From the IMG/VR virus record IMGVR_UViG_3300028840_002431, positions 62,001 to 126,000 of that record: a DNA stretch of 64,000 nucleotides; one strand, written 5' to 3'. The translations under genes were made by a program, and so were the position numbers. The notes beneath the pieces were generated by a model. That model was not told the origin of the DNA. It made no database searches and saw only the letters and a program-made list of their open reading frames with translations. Shown here piece by piece: positions 17,074 to 26,025 of the stretch (position 1 is its first letter; every line of letters starts with the position of its first letter).

Positions 17074-17144
17074 TCGTCCTCCAACAGGTCATCACTAATG
17101 ACCTGTTGGGGGCTTCTGGCTCCAAATCCTCATAGGGTTCTCCG

Positions 17145-17459
17145 TCAAAATGCAGACAACACAAGGTGAATTAAACTGATAACTGTAAGAATGATGGCTG
17201 TCAAGAACAGCCAACTGTTCCCGTCTCTGCGCCAGCGCATGGCACACGCGCTACCGAACTCGTGATCAACCATCTGTTTGCGGACCACCATGACCACCGA
17301 CCCATCCTTACGGAGATCGGTTCTAGGTTCAGGGGCTATCGGGACGACATCAATCTGCCGCCAACAATACGAACACGTGATCTTGAAAGTCTCCCCCTCA
17401 AGATCCTTACGGTAGCCACCGCCGATCCACCCTGAGCCACGGCACTTCATACCGTACAT
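17145..17459 (-). CDS. hypothetical membrane-anchored protein
   Basis: C-terminal hydrophobic helix, GGTGTA motif at the start. Confidence 0.6.
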   Translation of the reverse strand: MYGMKCRGSGWIGGGYRKDLEGETFKITCSYCWRQIDVVPIAPEPRTDLRKDGSVVMVVRKQMVDHEFGSACAMRWRRDGNSWLFLTAIILTVISLIHLVLSAF

Positions 17460-17470
17460 TACACCAAACT

Positions 17471-17547
17471 TGGACTCGGAGGCCGGACTCTAACCGACTG
17501 GGTTGTCAATCCCTGACAAGGGACCCACTATTCAACTTAGCTCCGAG
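17471..17547 (-). ncRNA. aberrant tRNA-like RNA
   Basis: CTCGGAG/CTCCGAG-TCCA acceptor, T arm with TTAGAGT loop, elongated bulged middle arm with 5-nt loop. Confidence 0.65.
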
Positions 17548-17548
17548 A

Positions 17549-17623
17549 TGGCACCCCTGAAGAGAGTCGAACTCCCATCTTCCGGTCCGTAGCCGGACGC
17601 TCTGTCCGTTGAGCTACAGGGGC
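17549..17623 (-). tRNA. tRNA-Arg(ACG)
   Basis: Cloverleaf, loop CTACGGA. Confidence 0.93.
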
Positions 17624-17629
17624 TTGTAG

Positions 17630-17701
17630 CGTCCCCAGGAGGAATCGAACTTCCATCTTCGGTTCCGGAGACCGACGCTCTGTCCGTTGAGCTATGGGGA
17701 C
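17630..17701 (-). tRNA. tRNA-Arg(CCG)
   Basis: Cloverleaf, loop CTCCGGA. Confidence 0.92.
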
Positions 17702-17706
17702 TTGGT

Positions 17707-17781
17707 TGGCAGGGGCACTGGGAATCGAACCCAGATCAATGGCTTAGAAGGCCACCGCATTGTCCATTATGCTATGCCCCC
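17707..17781 (-). tRNA. tRNA-Arg(TCT)
   Basis: Cloverleaf, loop CTTCTAA. Confidence 0.92.
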
Positions 17782-17782
17782 A

Positions 17783-17856
17783 TGGAGTCGCGGGTGGGAG
17801 TCGAACCCGAACCTCACCGGGGTTGCAACCCGGCACCATCCCAGATGGACCGCGAC
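17783..17856 (-). tRNA. tRNA-Cys(GCA)
   Basis: Loop TTGCAAC, U73, CCA, atypical D arm. Confidence 0.85.
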
Positions 17857-17864
17857 AAAGGGTG

Positions 17865-18299
17865 CTAATCTAAAAAGTTCTCTAGAAGCGACTCAAGGTC
17901 GTCGAGTTCGAGGCGTCTCAAGGCCAGCCGGAAGTAGAAGGCTCCTGGGTCTCGTTCTAACTCCCGTTGAAGACCCTGGATGGCCTTCACGTGCCTGAGC
18001 AGTTCCTGGGCCTTGGGCTTCGTGGCTTGGATGGCCCGGCTCTGGTGTTGTATGTTTTCCCAGTCTCTCAGGTGCCTACGAAGGCTGGCCGCGAGGTGGT
18101 CGGGCTTCTTCATGTAGTAGGCCAACTCGCTCTTACGAGGCTTCTTGACGACCCCCATGTCCTTGAACAACTTCCGGTAGAGGGGAAGCGCCCTGTCCAT
18201 GTCCCTTTGGATGACGATATCGACTAACTCATCGATCCGCCTCTCCAGGTCGGCTTTGGTGGCCTCGAATGCTACGCGCCTGTCGTACCCATAGCCCAT
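17865..18299 (-). CDS. hypothetical protein (YDRR tag)
   Basis: Likely start MGYGYDRRVA. Confidence 0.7.
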   Translation of the reverse strand: MGYGYDRRVAFEATKADLERRIDELVDIVIQRDMDRALPLYRKLFKDMGVVKKPRKSELAYYMKKPDHLAASLRRHLRDWENIQHQSRAIQATKPKAQELLRHVKAIQGLQRELERDPGAFYFRLALRRLELDDLESLLENFLD

Positions 18300-18330
18300 G
18301 CCTACCGTTATTACCAAAAGAACACCGACT

Positions 18331-18681
18331 TTACTGACCCCCGCAGTAGCCCTGTTTTTGCTCTTTACAGGTTCGGGCCTTGGCGATCAGCCAATCGATA
18401 TGACCCTTTATCCTCCCGATCGTCTCGTCCCACTCTTCGTCCTTCCGCTCGTTTTGTCTTTTCTTACAATCATCGAGCATCCGGCTCCAGTTATTAATGG
18501 CCGATCGGGTCTCTGCATGGGCCTCTTCGATCTCTTTTTCGGCCGCTTGCCGCGCTACCTGGGCCTTGTTGTGGAGGTGGTAAATCGTACCGGTTTCCAG
18601 CATCACAAGGAGGGCCAGCGCCACGATAATTACGTTCTTCCAGTGCATCCACGTAATTACACCGTCGGTAGCTGGCATCAT
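18331..18681 (-). CDS. membrane-anchored coiled-coil protein
   Basis: N-terminal TM helix followed by coiled coil. Confidence 0.6.
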   Translation of the reverse strand: MMPATDGVITWMHWKNVIIVALALLVMLETGTIYHLHNKAQVARQAAEKEIEEAHAETRSAINNWSRMLDDCKKRQNERKDEEWDETIGRIKGHIDWLIAKARTCKEQKQGYCGGQ

Positions 18682-18701
18682 ACCCCTAGATCATACCCGC
18701 G

Positions 18702-18776
18702 TGGAGCGAGCGATGGGAGTCGAACCCACTTGGTGCTGCTTGGAAGGCAGCCGCCTGACCGTTAGGCTACGCTCGC
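18702..18776 (-). tRNA. tRNA-Gly(TCC)
   Basis: Cloverleaf, U73, CCA. Confidence 0.93.
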
Positions 18777-18777
18777 A

Positions 18778-18866
18778 TGGCGGAAGCAGGAGGATTCGAA
18801 CCCCATACCCGTGAAGGTACCCACTGATTTCCAGTCAGGGCCGACACCAATGCCGGTTCTACTTCC
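18778..18866 (-). tRNA. tRNA-Ser(GGA), 8/4 fold
   Basis: GGAAGTAG/CTGCTTCC, loop CTGGAAA. Confidence 0.9.
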
Positions 18867-19040
18867 CCGTGTTAGTATTTCCCCCTCAACGAGGGAAACC
18901 AGAAAGCCGCCCGTCGAATCGCTTCTAACATCTTACCTTCTGGTTTGACGACCTTTGCCCCAAGCGCTTTGGCCACCGCTTCCGGATCTATCTTAGGGGC
19001 TTTGGGACCCGTGTCTTTGACTTTCTTCATTCTAACCTCC

Positions 19041-19115
19041 TGGTAGGCCGTATGAGAGTCGAACTCATGTCGCTCGCTTATAGGGCGAGTGCTCTGGCCA
19101 CTGAGCTAACGGCCC
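19041..19115 (-). tRNA. tRNA-Ile(TAT), C33
   Basis: Cloverleaf, loop CCTATAA, CCA. Confidence 0.88.
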
Positions 19116-19130
19116 GGTGTAGGGAACAGC

Positions 19131-19412
19131 ATGTCCAAAAAGAAGCTCAAAGAAGGCACGTTGGAGATTTGCAACCTGCCCGACTTCTCCGAAATCCTTG
19201 GTTGTTTCACGCCGGGCGAAGAGGACGAGCACACCCACTTGGGAAACGTGCTCCAACGGATAACAGCCTGTGGCCGTTCTGTCGGAGACATGATGCCTTT
19301 CAGCCGGGACGTGGTCATCGACTGCCCTGACTGCGTGGCGGAGCTAACCCACCGGGGAAACGACCGAAAAGCCGCTAATCAGCCTTTCGGTGTCGTCACA
19401 CACAAGGAGTAG
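19131..19412 (+). CDS. hypothetical protein
   Basis: GGTGTA-N9-ATG, His/Cys cluster. Confidence 0.65.
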   Translation: MSKKKLKEGTLEICNLPDFSEILGCFTPGEEDEHTHLGNVLQRITACGRSVGDMMPFSRDVVIDCPDCVAELTHRGNDRKAANQPFGVVTHKE

Positions 19413-19484
19413 AGCCTACACCTGGAATCGAACCAGGATCTCTCCCGTACCAGGGGAGTGCATTGGCCATTGTGCTATGTAGGC
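19413..19484 (-). tRNA. tRNA-Thr(GGT)
   Basis: Cloverleaf, loop CTGGTAC. Confidence 0.92.
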
Positions 19485-19488
19485 GAAT

Positions 19489-19740
19489 TCAGGGACGCAG
19501 CCCAAGCAGGGATAGCGCCTCGTCCTCGTTCAACCAACCCCGCTGGCAACAAAAGCGGCCAGTGTCCGCGTCCAGAATAACGTGCTGTGCAGCGTCCACC
19601 ATGGCTACGCCGACCCTCCAAAAACTCCACCGTCCGTAGTTATTGTGAGAGCAATTGAGCTTTTCGTCGCGTACTGCCTGTACCAACTGACAGAACTCTT
19701 CTAGCGTCGGCTCCCAAGCTTCACGTCTTTGACAGGGCAT
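19489..19740 (-). CDS. hypothetical protein
   Basis: GGTGTA-N9-ATG. Confidence 0.6.
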   Translation of the reverse strand: MPCQRREAWEPTLEEFCQLVQAVRDEKLNCSHNNYGRWSFWRVGVAMVDAAQHVILDADTGRFCCQRGWLNEDEALSLLGLRP

Positions 19741-19757
19741 GTTCTAGATTACACCGA

Positions 19758-19845
19758 TGGTGCGAGAGGCGGGAATCGAACCCGCACGACCTCTCGGCCA
19801 GAAGATTTTAAGTCTCCCGCGTCTGCCTAGTTCCGCCACTCTCGC
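19758..19845 (-). tRNA. tRNA-Leu(TAA)
   Basis: Type II cloverleaf, CCA. Confidence 0.94.
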
Positions 19846-19871
19846 AAATGGTTTTGTGTGATTATATAAAC

Positions 19872-20138
19872 ATGGACCACGACCGCTGGAAAGATAAGTC
19901 AGCCGCCCCGAAGCCAAGCGTAGAGCAAGCCGGTAAGGACGCCTTCAAACAACTGGACGAGGCCATCAATCATATAGAAAAGGCCATCCCCCTCTTTACC
20001 GGCGCGAGAGACTACCTATCCGGCTGGTCCCACACCTTCCGGGAAATGCACAGAGACGTGGACCGCCTTGTAGGCGACGCGGAAGAGATAGAGCGCGACG
20101 CGAACAAGATCCGCATGGACCTCTGGAAATACCGTTAG
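19872..20138 (+). CDS. hypothetical protein (MDHxRWK tag)
   Basis: Likely start MDHDRWK. Confidence 0.7.
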   Translation: MDHDRWKDKSAAPKPSVEQAGKDAFKQLDEAINHIEKAIPLFTGARDYLSGWSHTFREMHRDVDRLVGDAEEIERDANKIRMDLWKYR

Positions 20139-20139
20139 G

Positions 20140-20463
20140 ATGGTTGAAGCCACCGTAGTTGCCGACCGGTACGCCGCCGCTAAGGTCAAGAAAATCAAGG
20201 ACCAGGGGTGGGATATTACCGTCCCGGTCATCCAGGGGGCCGCTGCCGTCGATGGTGCTGTGGAAGTGTACGCCGAAAAAGACGGGGTAAAGCTGAAACT
20301 CCGCTACTGGTTCGAGCGGTATACCCGCCGTGTCTTTCTCAAGGCCGAAGGCGTCTTCAATGTGGCCATGCCTCGACAGAACCTCGAACGACAAATCCCG
20401 TCCGCCTTCAAGAAAATGATCCGACGCCACGTCCTGAGGCACATCGACAAGCTACCCAGATAG
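20140..20463 (+). CDS. hypothetical protein (VxxRYAAA tag)
   Basis: MVEATVVADRYAAA. Confidence 0.7.
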   Translation: MVEATVVADRYAAAKVKKIKDQGWDITVPVIQGAAAVDGAVEVYAEKDGVKLKLRYWFERYTRRVFLKAEGVFNVAMPRQNLERQIPSAFKKMIRRHVLRHIDKLPR

Positions 20464-20546
20464 TGCGAGAAGAGGGACTCGAACCCTCACGCCCTCTCGG
20501 ACACCTGATTTTGAGTCAGGCGCGTCTGCCATTCCGCCACTCTCGC
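20464..20546 (-). tRNA. tRNA-Leu(CAA)
   Basis: Type II cloverleaf. Confidence 0.94.
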
Positions 20547-20583
20547 AAAATAATACTGAAAAGACTTATACGGAGATATAGAT

Positions 20584-20835
20584 ATGGACCCAAGAAAAGC
20601 CTTTGAGCAAGCTCTTACAGCCTCCAAACCTCTGGCCGAAGCCTTCGAGGAACTTGACCGGGCCTCAGACCACGCCAATGGCCTACAACTGGCGCTCGTT
20701 AATGCTCGCCGCGTTATGAAAATGGAAGAGATTGACCGGAACGAGATAAGAGAGATCGAAAAGCTCACGCGCACCGCCGAGACCCTTCTGAGTGATGTAA
20801 ACGACTTTAGATACAAGTTGAAGATGAAGTATTAA
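20584..20835 (+). CDS. hypothetical protein (PRKAFE tag)
   Basis: MDPRKAFEQAL, shared with 32367..32672. Confidence 0.7.
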   Translation: MDPRKAFEQALTASKPLAEAFEELDRASDHANGLQLALVNARRVMKMEEIDRNEIREIEKLTRTAETLLSDVNDFRYKLKMKY

Positions 20836-21274
20836 CACACTCACATTCCGCCAACACAGCGACGGCTACAAACCTTCCGTGGTAGGCAAATGACTCTTGA
20901 CCCCCTGGCATCCTAGAGGCCAGCAATCGAGCCTCTGTGTCCCGTTTGCCTATTGCCGTTATGGACCCAGCGGTCCAGGCGTGCGCGAAGTCATCGTTCG
21001 TCTCCACGCATACCTGAACCGTCTGACGCTTCCAATGAACCGCCACTTTATCCGCCCATCCTTGTACCTCGAATAATACGGGGATGAACACCGCCGACGG
21101 GTCGAGCCTTTTACATGCCTTGTAGGCTGCTTCTTTACAGGCCCATAACCCCCACCGAATGTGCCTGGACTCGATCAGTTGTTTCTCGGCTCTTGTAAAG
21201 ATTCGAGAGTCGGAACGAGGATGCACTCGAAACGTTCTGGGGTCTCTCAGGTCTACGATGTCGTTACCGACCAT
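20807..21274 (-). CDS. 4'-phosphopantetheinyl transferase
   Basis: VGNDIVD and WACKEAAYKA motifs. Confidence 0.88.
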   Translation of the reverse strand: MVGNDIVDLRDPRTFRVHPRSDSRIFTRAEKQLIESRHIRWGLWACKEAAYKACKRLDPSAVFIPVLFEVQGWADKVAVHWKRQTVQVCVETNDDFAHAWTAGSITAIGKRDTEARLLASRMPGGQESFAYHGRFVAVAVLAECECVNTSSSTCI

Positions 21275-21518
21275 CGAGCTTGGCCGCAATCATGTCGATA
21301 ACGTGATGCATGTGCTTGAAAGTGACAACCTCTTCGTCCGTCAACTCGATCCCAAACTCATCCTCGAATTCCATAGAGGCGTCTACCATGTGGGAGGAAT
21401 CGACCCCAAGCTCCTTTTTTAAATGTTGTTCGGGCGTCGCTGTTGGCATGGCTTCCGGCTCGTCCGAGTAAGGAGTAAGAATCTCGACCACCTTCTGTAA
21501 AATTTCATCCTTGCTCAT
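21264..21518 (-). CDS. acyl carrier protein
   Basis: ELGVDS, MEFEDEFGIEL, ATGA overlap with KS. Confidence 0.92.
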   Translation of the reverse strand: MSKDEILQKVVEILTPYSDEPEAMPTATPEQHLKKELGVDSSHMVDASMEFEDEFGIELTDEEVVTFKHMHHVIDMIAAKLDGR

Positions 21519-22774
21519 CACTTCTCCCATTTGCGTAACACAATCACGCTGTTCACATCACCGAAGCCGAAGTTTGCTTTGAGTGCAATGTAGAGAGGCT
21601 TCTCCTCCGTTTGGTGGGGGACACGTTGATCCTCAATTTCGGGGATAGGATCTTCACAGTTTATCGAAGGGTGTATGAAATCGCCTCTCAACATGAGACA
21701 ACAAGCGGCGACCTCGATTCCTCCCGCTGCCTGAAGCGTGTGACCCAAGAGAGACTTCGTTGAATGTATGTAAGGGAGGTCGGAGTCCCCGTAAACCTCT
21801 CGCCAACACCGTACTTCCAGGGCGTCTGCCATCGTGCCAGTCAGATGGCCGTTTATGAAGCTGACATCGAGAGGTCTGATTTTCGCGTTGACGAGAGCCT
21901 TTCGTATACAACGCTGGACGGCGTTCAGGTTTGGGGCCGTCATGCTGCCGCCCTCCCGTTGCGCCCCGCAGTTCGTGTGGTGTCCTAACACTTCGGCGTA
22001 GATTCGAGCACCTCTACGTTCCGCGCTTTCGAGTCTTTCGAGCACCACAACACCAGCCCCGCCGCTGGGCACGAGGCCGGTTGCCGACTTGCTCATAGGG
22101 CGGCTCGCTTTATGAGGCTCGTCCTTGTAGCCTTTCGCTGTCACACGTACAGCGTCCAGGGCCGCCCAGGCGTAGGGTCCGCTGCCTTCGGCCCCGCCGC
22201 ACACCATCCTGTCGGCGTAGCCGTGTTGGATATGCCTCACACCATCCAGGATGGCCGCCAGCCCGGTAGCGCTCGTGGAACTGGCAGCGATTACCTTGTT
22301 CCCCAAACCTAGAAACTCAGCGGTACGGGCCACAATGCCTTCTGACAAGGTCCGGTGAACATGCTTTGCACCCAGCCTACGCACGTTGCCTGAGACAACG
22401 GCCGGGGACAAATCTTCCGCCAAAGCGCGATGTCCGGCATGGCTCCCTGAGCCGATTACGGCTCCTGAGTCCCAGTCAGGAGGCCCCTCTCCCAAAGGCG
22501 GGACCTCAAGCCCGGCGTCTTCCCATGCCTTGACCGCAGCGATACAACCATAACGGTTGACATCGTCCATGTAGGCCAACCGGTTTTTTGGGAAGTAGAC
22601 TTCCGCCAACGTGTCCGTGGCCTCCGGGATACCCGCCACTTGGCACCGGAAGTTTTCCAAATCTTCGTGATAGGCGATTCCGGACCGACCCTCCCGCAGA
22701 TTCTTTTCGAACTCGCCTAAAGTGTTACCAAGGGCGGTAACAACACCCAGCCCGGTGATCACGACCCTTTCCAT
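21518..22774 (-). CDS. FabF-like ketosynthase with active-site Cys replaced by Ser
   Basis: RVVITGLG, SSTSATG (normally xxACxxG), INGHLTGT, KSLLGH, NFGFG. Confidence 0.9.
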   Translation of the reverse strand: MERVVITGLGVVTALGNTLGEFEKNLREGRSGIAYHEDLENFRCQVAGIPEATDTLAEVYFPKNRLAYMDDVNRYGCIAAVKAWEDAGLEVPPLGEGPPDWDSGAVIGSGSHAGHRALAEDLSPAVVSGNVRRLGAKHVHRTLSEGIVARTAEFLGLGNKVIAASSTSATGLAAILDGVRHIQHGYADRMVCGGAEGSGPYAWAALDAVRVTAKGYKDEPHKASRPMSKSATGLVPSGGAGVVVLERLESAERRGARIYAEVLGHHTNCGAQREGGSMTAPNLNAVQRCIRKALVNAKIRPLDVSFINGHLTGTMADALEVRCWREVYGDSDLPYIHSTKSLLGHTLQAAGGIEVAACCLMLRGDFIHPSINCEDPIPEIEDQRVPHQTEEKPLYIALKANFGFGDVNSVIVLRKWEK

Positions 22775-22783
22775 GTCGCGGTT

Positions 22784-23368
22784 CTACACCGAATTATATG
22801 GTTCTTTACCTGACCACTGAGCCAATGTGATTTTGGACCGCCAAACGCCACCAATATGGGCGGCGATACTTCGCGGCGGCTGGTCCAGTGTGGCTCTTTC
22901 GTAAGTGACCATCAGCGACTCACCGGCCCACACAGGCGCGAGAGTATGCAGGTTTCTGAGCCACTGGCACGTTCGTACCAACAAGATGGATTGTGTTCTC
23001 AAGGCACCATGGTCGTCTGAGGGCAACGTCTTATAGTTGTCCATGGCGTAAGCTTCTTGTTCGTCGATCACCTTACGAGGCGTTGCCGCTCTCAGAGTAT
23101 GATGCCTGATCATTGCTTCGGATGCTGGCGTAGGAAAGAGGTCTCTAACAGAGTCCAAGAACATGGCTTTGGCTCCGTCCGGGTTACACAGGGAGAACAC
23201 GTGGAGCCAGTATTGAGGAAACCGGCGATTCAGGTTGTACCACTCCGCCATGGTATCGACGCTGGGCTTCTCGACGAGCGTAACCCCATGCTCGCACCAG
23301 TAAGCGTCCGGCCCCTCCGCCCGTAGCGTTTTGAGCCTGTCAAGAAGCTCAGTGACCTGTGGTTCCAC
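22784..23368 (-). CDS. hypothetical protein
   Basis: 194-aa ORF contiguous with neighbours. Confidence 0.6.
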   Translation of the reverse strand: MEPQVTELLDRLKTLRAEGPDAYWCEHGVTLVEKPSVDTMAEWYNLNRRFPQYWLHVFSLCNPDGAKAMFLDSVRDLFPTPASEAMIRHHTLRAATPRKVIDEQEAYAMDNYKTLPSDDHGALRTQSILLVRTCQWLRNLHTLAPVWAGESLMVTYERATLDQPPRSIAAHIGGVWRSKITLAQWSGKEPYNSV

Positions 23369-23370
23369 GT

Positions 23371-24030
23371 TTAGATAGGACCGCTGGGCTGGTACTCTAT
23401 GATGGACATCTCGCAGAAGAGATCCACGGTGGCCGCTCCAGAACTCTGCGATTGGACTTCAATCTCAATGTTACCGCCCTTCCCCTTGTTCTTCGTTATG
23501 GAAATACGATAACCGTCCATCTCTTCGTAGTAGGTGGCTGTAGCGGTCAAAGTGGAAACGCCAACGCTCATACGACCCATCGCACCGCCGCTTTTATAAC
23601 AGGGGTAGTATGAAGGGCCATCGGGGGGAAGCATCGTTATTTGATACTTCATTGCCCAGATGCACGGATCATTGGCAAACACGTACGATAGAACGACGAG
23701 CGGTCCCTTGGAGAAACCTGGAATGACGTTGGTAACTCTGTCGATTTTCAGGATCGACGGGGCAGCGTCAAGGGTGGTCTGATCGGTAATTGAATCGAGG
23801 GAAACCCCAATGTCGATCGGCGCTCCACCACCTGCGATCGAGCCGCCGCTCGTGATTTGGATCTCGTTACCGGCGTCGTCCTGGGTGAATAATTCGGCTA
23901 TCCCGCTTACGTCCTTGGCGTACAACCTGTGGATGTTTGCCAAGACTCCCGGTGTGGCCTGTTCGGAAAGGTCTACCGGAACAGCCTCCTGACCGATAAC
24001 GGTTCCTATTTCAGATTTCTTGACACCCAT
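23371..24030 (-). CDS. putative virion fibre/decoration protein
   Basis: Shares LYAKDVSGIAELF..GNEIQITSGGSIA module with 46485..47951. Confidence 0.6.
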   Translation of the reverse strand: MGVKKSEIGTVIGQEAVPVDLSEQATPGVLANIHRLYAKDVSGIAELFTQDDAGNEIQITSGGSIAGGGAPIDIGVSLDSITDQTTLDAAPSILKIDRVTNVIPGFSKGPLVVLSYVFANDPCIWAMKYQITMLPPDGPSYYPCYKSGGAMGRMSVGVSTLTATATYYEEMDGYRISITKNKGKGGNIEIEVQSQSSGAATVDLFCEMSIIEYQPSGPI

Positions 24031-24089
24031 TGCTGCTCCATTTCTCTACAATGTGAGATATGAACACGCGGATTTACAAAACAATAAAC

Positions 24090-24175
24090 GGTGCTGGGGA
24101 CAGGAGTCGAACCTGCACGGTCTCTCGACCACTGGAGTCTGAGTCCAGCGCGGCTGCCTATTACGCCACCCCAGC
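24090..24175 (-). tRNA. tRNA-Leu(CAG)
   Basis: Type II cloverleaf, loop CTCAGAC. Confidence 0.92.
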
Positions 24176-24178
24176 ATG

Positions 24179-24248
24179 TTTCCTAGTAGGCCACATCCAT
24201 TGGGTACCCTGAGTAGGATTCGAACCTACGTGGAACGCTACTAGGAAA
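24179..24248 (-). ncRNA. small T-arm RNA closed by an 11-bp terminal stem
   Basis: TTTCCTAGTAG/CTACTAGGAAA, CCAC/GTGG, GTAGG TTCGAAT CCTAC. Confidence 0.65.
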
Positions 24249-24325
24249 TGGTACGGGGAGCCGGGGTCGAACCGACGACTTCCTCCTTGTAAGAGAGGCA
24301 CTCTGGCCAACTGAGTTATCCCCGC
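24249..24325 (-). tRNA. tRNA-Val(TAC)
   Basis: Cloverleaf, CCA. Confidence 0.93.
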
Positions 24326-24358
24326 ATAAACTTATCGTCTCGGTGTATCAAAGCCGGT

Positions 24359-24541
24359 ATGGAACACCACGAGATGTTAAACCTGTTTGCCGAAATCTCG
24401 GTTCTGGCCGATGAGAGGGTAGGCACCCTTTCGAAAGAACAGAGACTGCGAAAGATCATGGAGATCTGCGCTCAAGCCGGGATAGGGGTACCAGCTTGTA
24501 TAGGAGCTACGGGACCCGCCTACCCGCCCGAAAGGAGCTAA
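24359..24541 (+). CDS. small hypothetical protein
   Basis: GGTGTA-N11-ATG, abuts psd. Confidence 0.5.
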   Translation: MEHHEMLNLFAEISVLADERVGTLSKEQRLRKIMEICAQAGIGVPACIGATGPAYPPERS

Positions 24542-24542
24542 C

Positions 24543-25619
24543 ATGTCAGATCAACCGACCGTCATCGCCCTGAAAGAGCTTCTCAAGAAACACGAAGGCT
24601 GGAAGGCCCTGTTAGAAGACTCCATCTCAGAGGCCAAGAAAGAGGCCGTGAGGGGTGGGATTCGGGACGCCGACAAGTTCCCAGAAGGCTTGGAAGGCAA
24701 ACACGGTTATTATCACTACCTGAACGAGATGGTCCAGTGGTGCCCCAGAGAAGACTACGACAAGGAGTGCTTCTACATGCTGGCCAAGTTCTACTGGCTG
24801 TTAGACCAGCCGTCTGGCCGGAAGCTCCAAGAGTCGGACGAGTTCAATACCTGGATGCGTAACTTTGCCGACGACTGGGGAAGCTACCTGAACACAACCG
24901 ACTCGGCCAAGTACATCCAGACCTTTATTGACGACCCGGCCTTCAATGCATGGCAGTACATGAAGAACCCGTCGGGCTGGCTCACCTTCAACCAGTTCTT
25001 CGGCCGGGAAATCAGCCAGGGCCTACGTCCCGTGGCCGGTATGAAGAACGACGACATTATCACATCCCCGGCCGACTCCGTCTTCAAGGAGAAGTTCCAC
25101 ATCACCGACGATGACGAGATCATCATAAAGCTCACCCACCGGTACAAGATCATCGACCTGTTGGAGGACAGTCCCTTCAAGGAGGACTTCCGGGGTGGCC
25201 TCTTCATGCATTCGTTCCTGGGTCCGAACGACTACCACCGGTTCCGTGCTCCCGTGGCCGGGACCGTCCTTGAGTGCCGGGCCATCCAACAGAACGTCTA
25301 TCTGGATGTGCAAATCCGGGACGGACATTTCACCGCTCCGGACGGGGGTGGGTACGAGTTCACCCAGACCCGTGGGCTGATCATCTTCGACTCGCCCGTT
25401 GGCCTAGTGGCCGTTCTGCCGATCGGCATGGCTCAGGTCTCGTCCGTGAACATGACCGCCGTGGAAGGGGCCTATCTCCAGAAGGGTGAGGAGTTCGGCT
25501 ACTTCTTGTTTGGCGGCTCCGACATTATCATGCTCTTCCAGGCCGACAGCGGGGTCGAGATCACCTGTGCGCCGGGCATCCACTACAACTGTGGGATGTG
25601 CGTGGGAGAGGTGCTCTAG
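24543..25619 (+). CDS. psd: phosphatidylserine decarboxylase family proenzyme
   Basis: TFNQFFGR, SPAD, FLGPNDYHRFRAP, KGEEFGYFLFGGSD self-cleavage motif. Confidence 0.92.
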   Translation: MSDQPTVIALKELLKKHEGWKALLEDSISEAKKEAVRGGIRDADKFPEGLEGKHGYYHYLNEMVQWCPREDYDKECFYMLAKFYWLLDQPSGRKLQESDEFNTWMRNFADDWGSYLNTTDSAKYIQTFIDDPAFNAWQYMKNPSGWLTFNQFFGREISQGLRPVAGMKNDDIITSPADSVFKEKFHITDDDEIIIKLTHRYKIIDLLEDSPFKEDFRGGLFMHSFLGPNDYHRFRAPVAGTVLECRAIQQNVYLDVQIRDGHFTAPDGGGYEFTQTRGLIIFDSPVGLVAVLPIGMAQVSSVNMTAVEGAYLQKGEEFGYFLFGGSDIIMLFQADSGVEITCAPGIHYNCGMCVGEVL

Positions 25620-25909
25620 CGTTTCCGCCAGCCGCCGTTCGCTCTAGACCGCCAATACTGAATCCAGTTAGTGCTACAGGTCTTGCACCGGTATAGCGAA
25701 GCATCTCGTATAGGTCGTCTGTCCCGCTCCAGGAGTCCCTTACAGTCAGGGCACTCGTACCCCCCGTCTGTCTTGGTGGGCTGTTCTTCGGACCCGTACA
25801 AGCCAGCGTGGAGACGCCGACCCGGAGGGTGTTCGAGAGCCTCGAAAAGCCGGTTTGACGCTTTCGCTACAGCGTCAGGATCGCTGAGTAATTTTGGTTT
25901 GTCGGACAT
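25616..25909 (-). CDS. zinc-ribbon hypothetical protein
   Basis: CPDC..CKTC, start MSDKPK (the longer ORF overlaps tmRNA). Confidence 0.6.
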   Translation of the reverse strand: MSDKPKLLSDPDAVAKASNRLFEALEHPPGRRLHAGLYGSEEQPTKTDGGYECPDCKGLLERDRRPIRDASLYRCKTCSTNWIQYWRSRANGGWRKR

Positions 25910-26025
25910 GGGTATAATTGATTGGCCTTGAAACGCACAATCTGGCCTGATCGGGACCAGCACGGGTGCCCTGTGCATCTTCACCCTACCCGGCACCGAA
26001 TAGGGTACGTGTTCCAGGGCCAATC

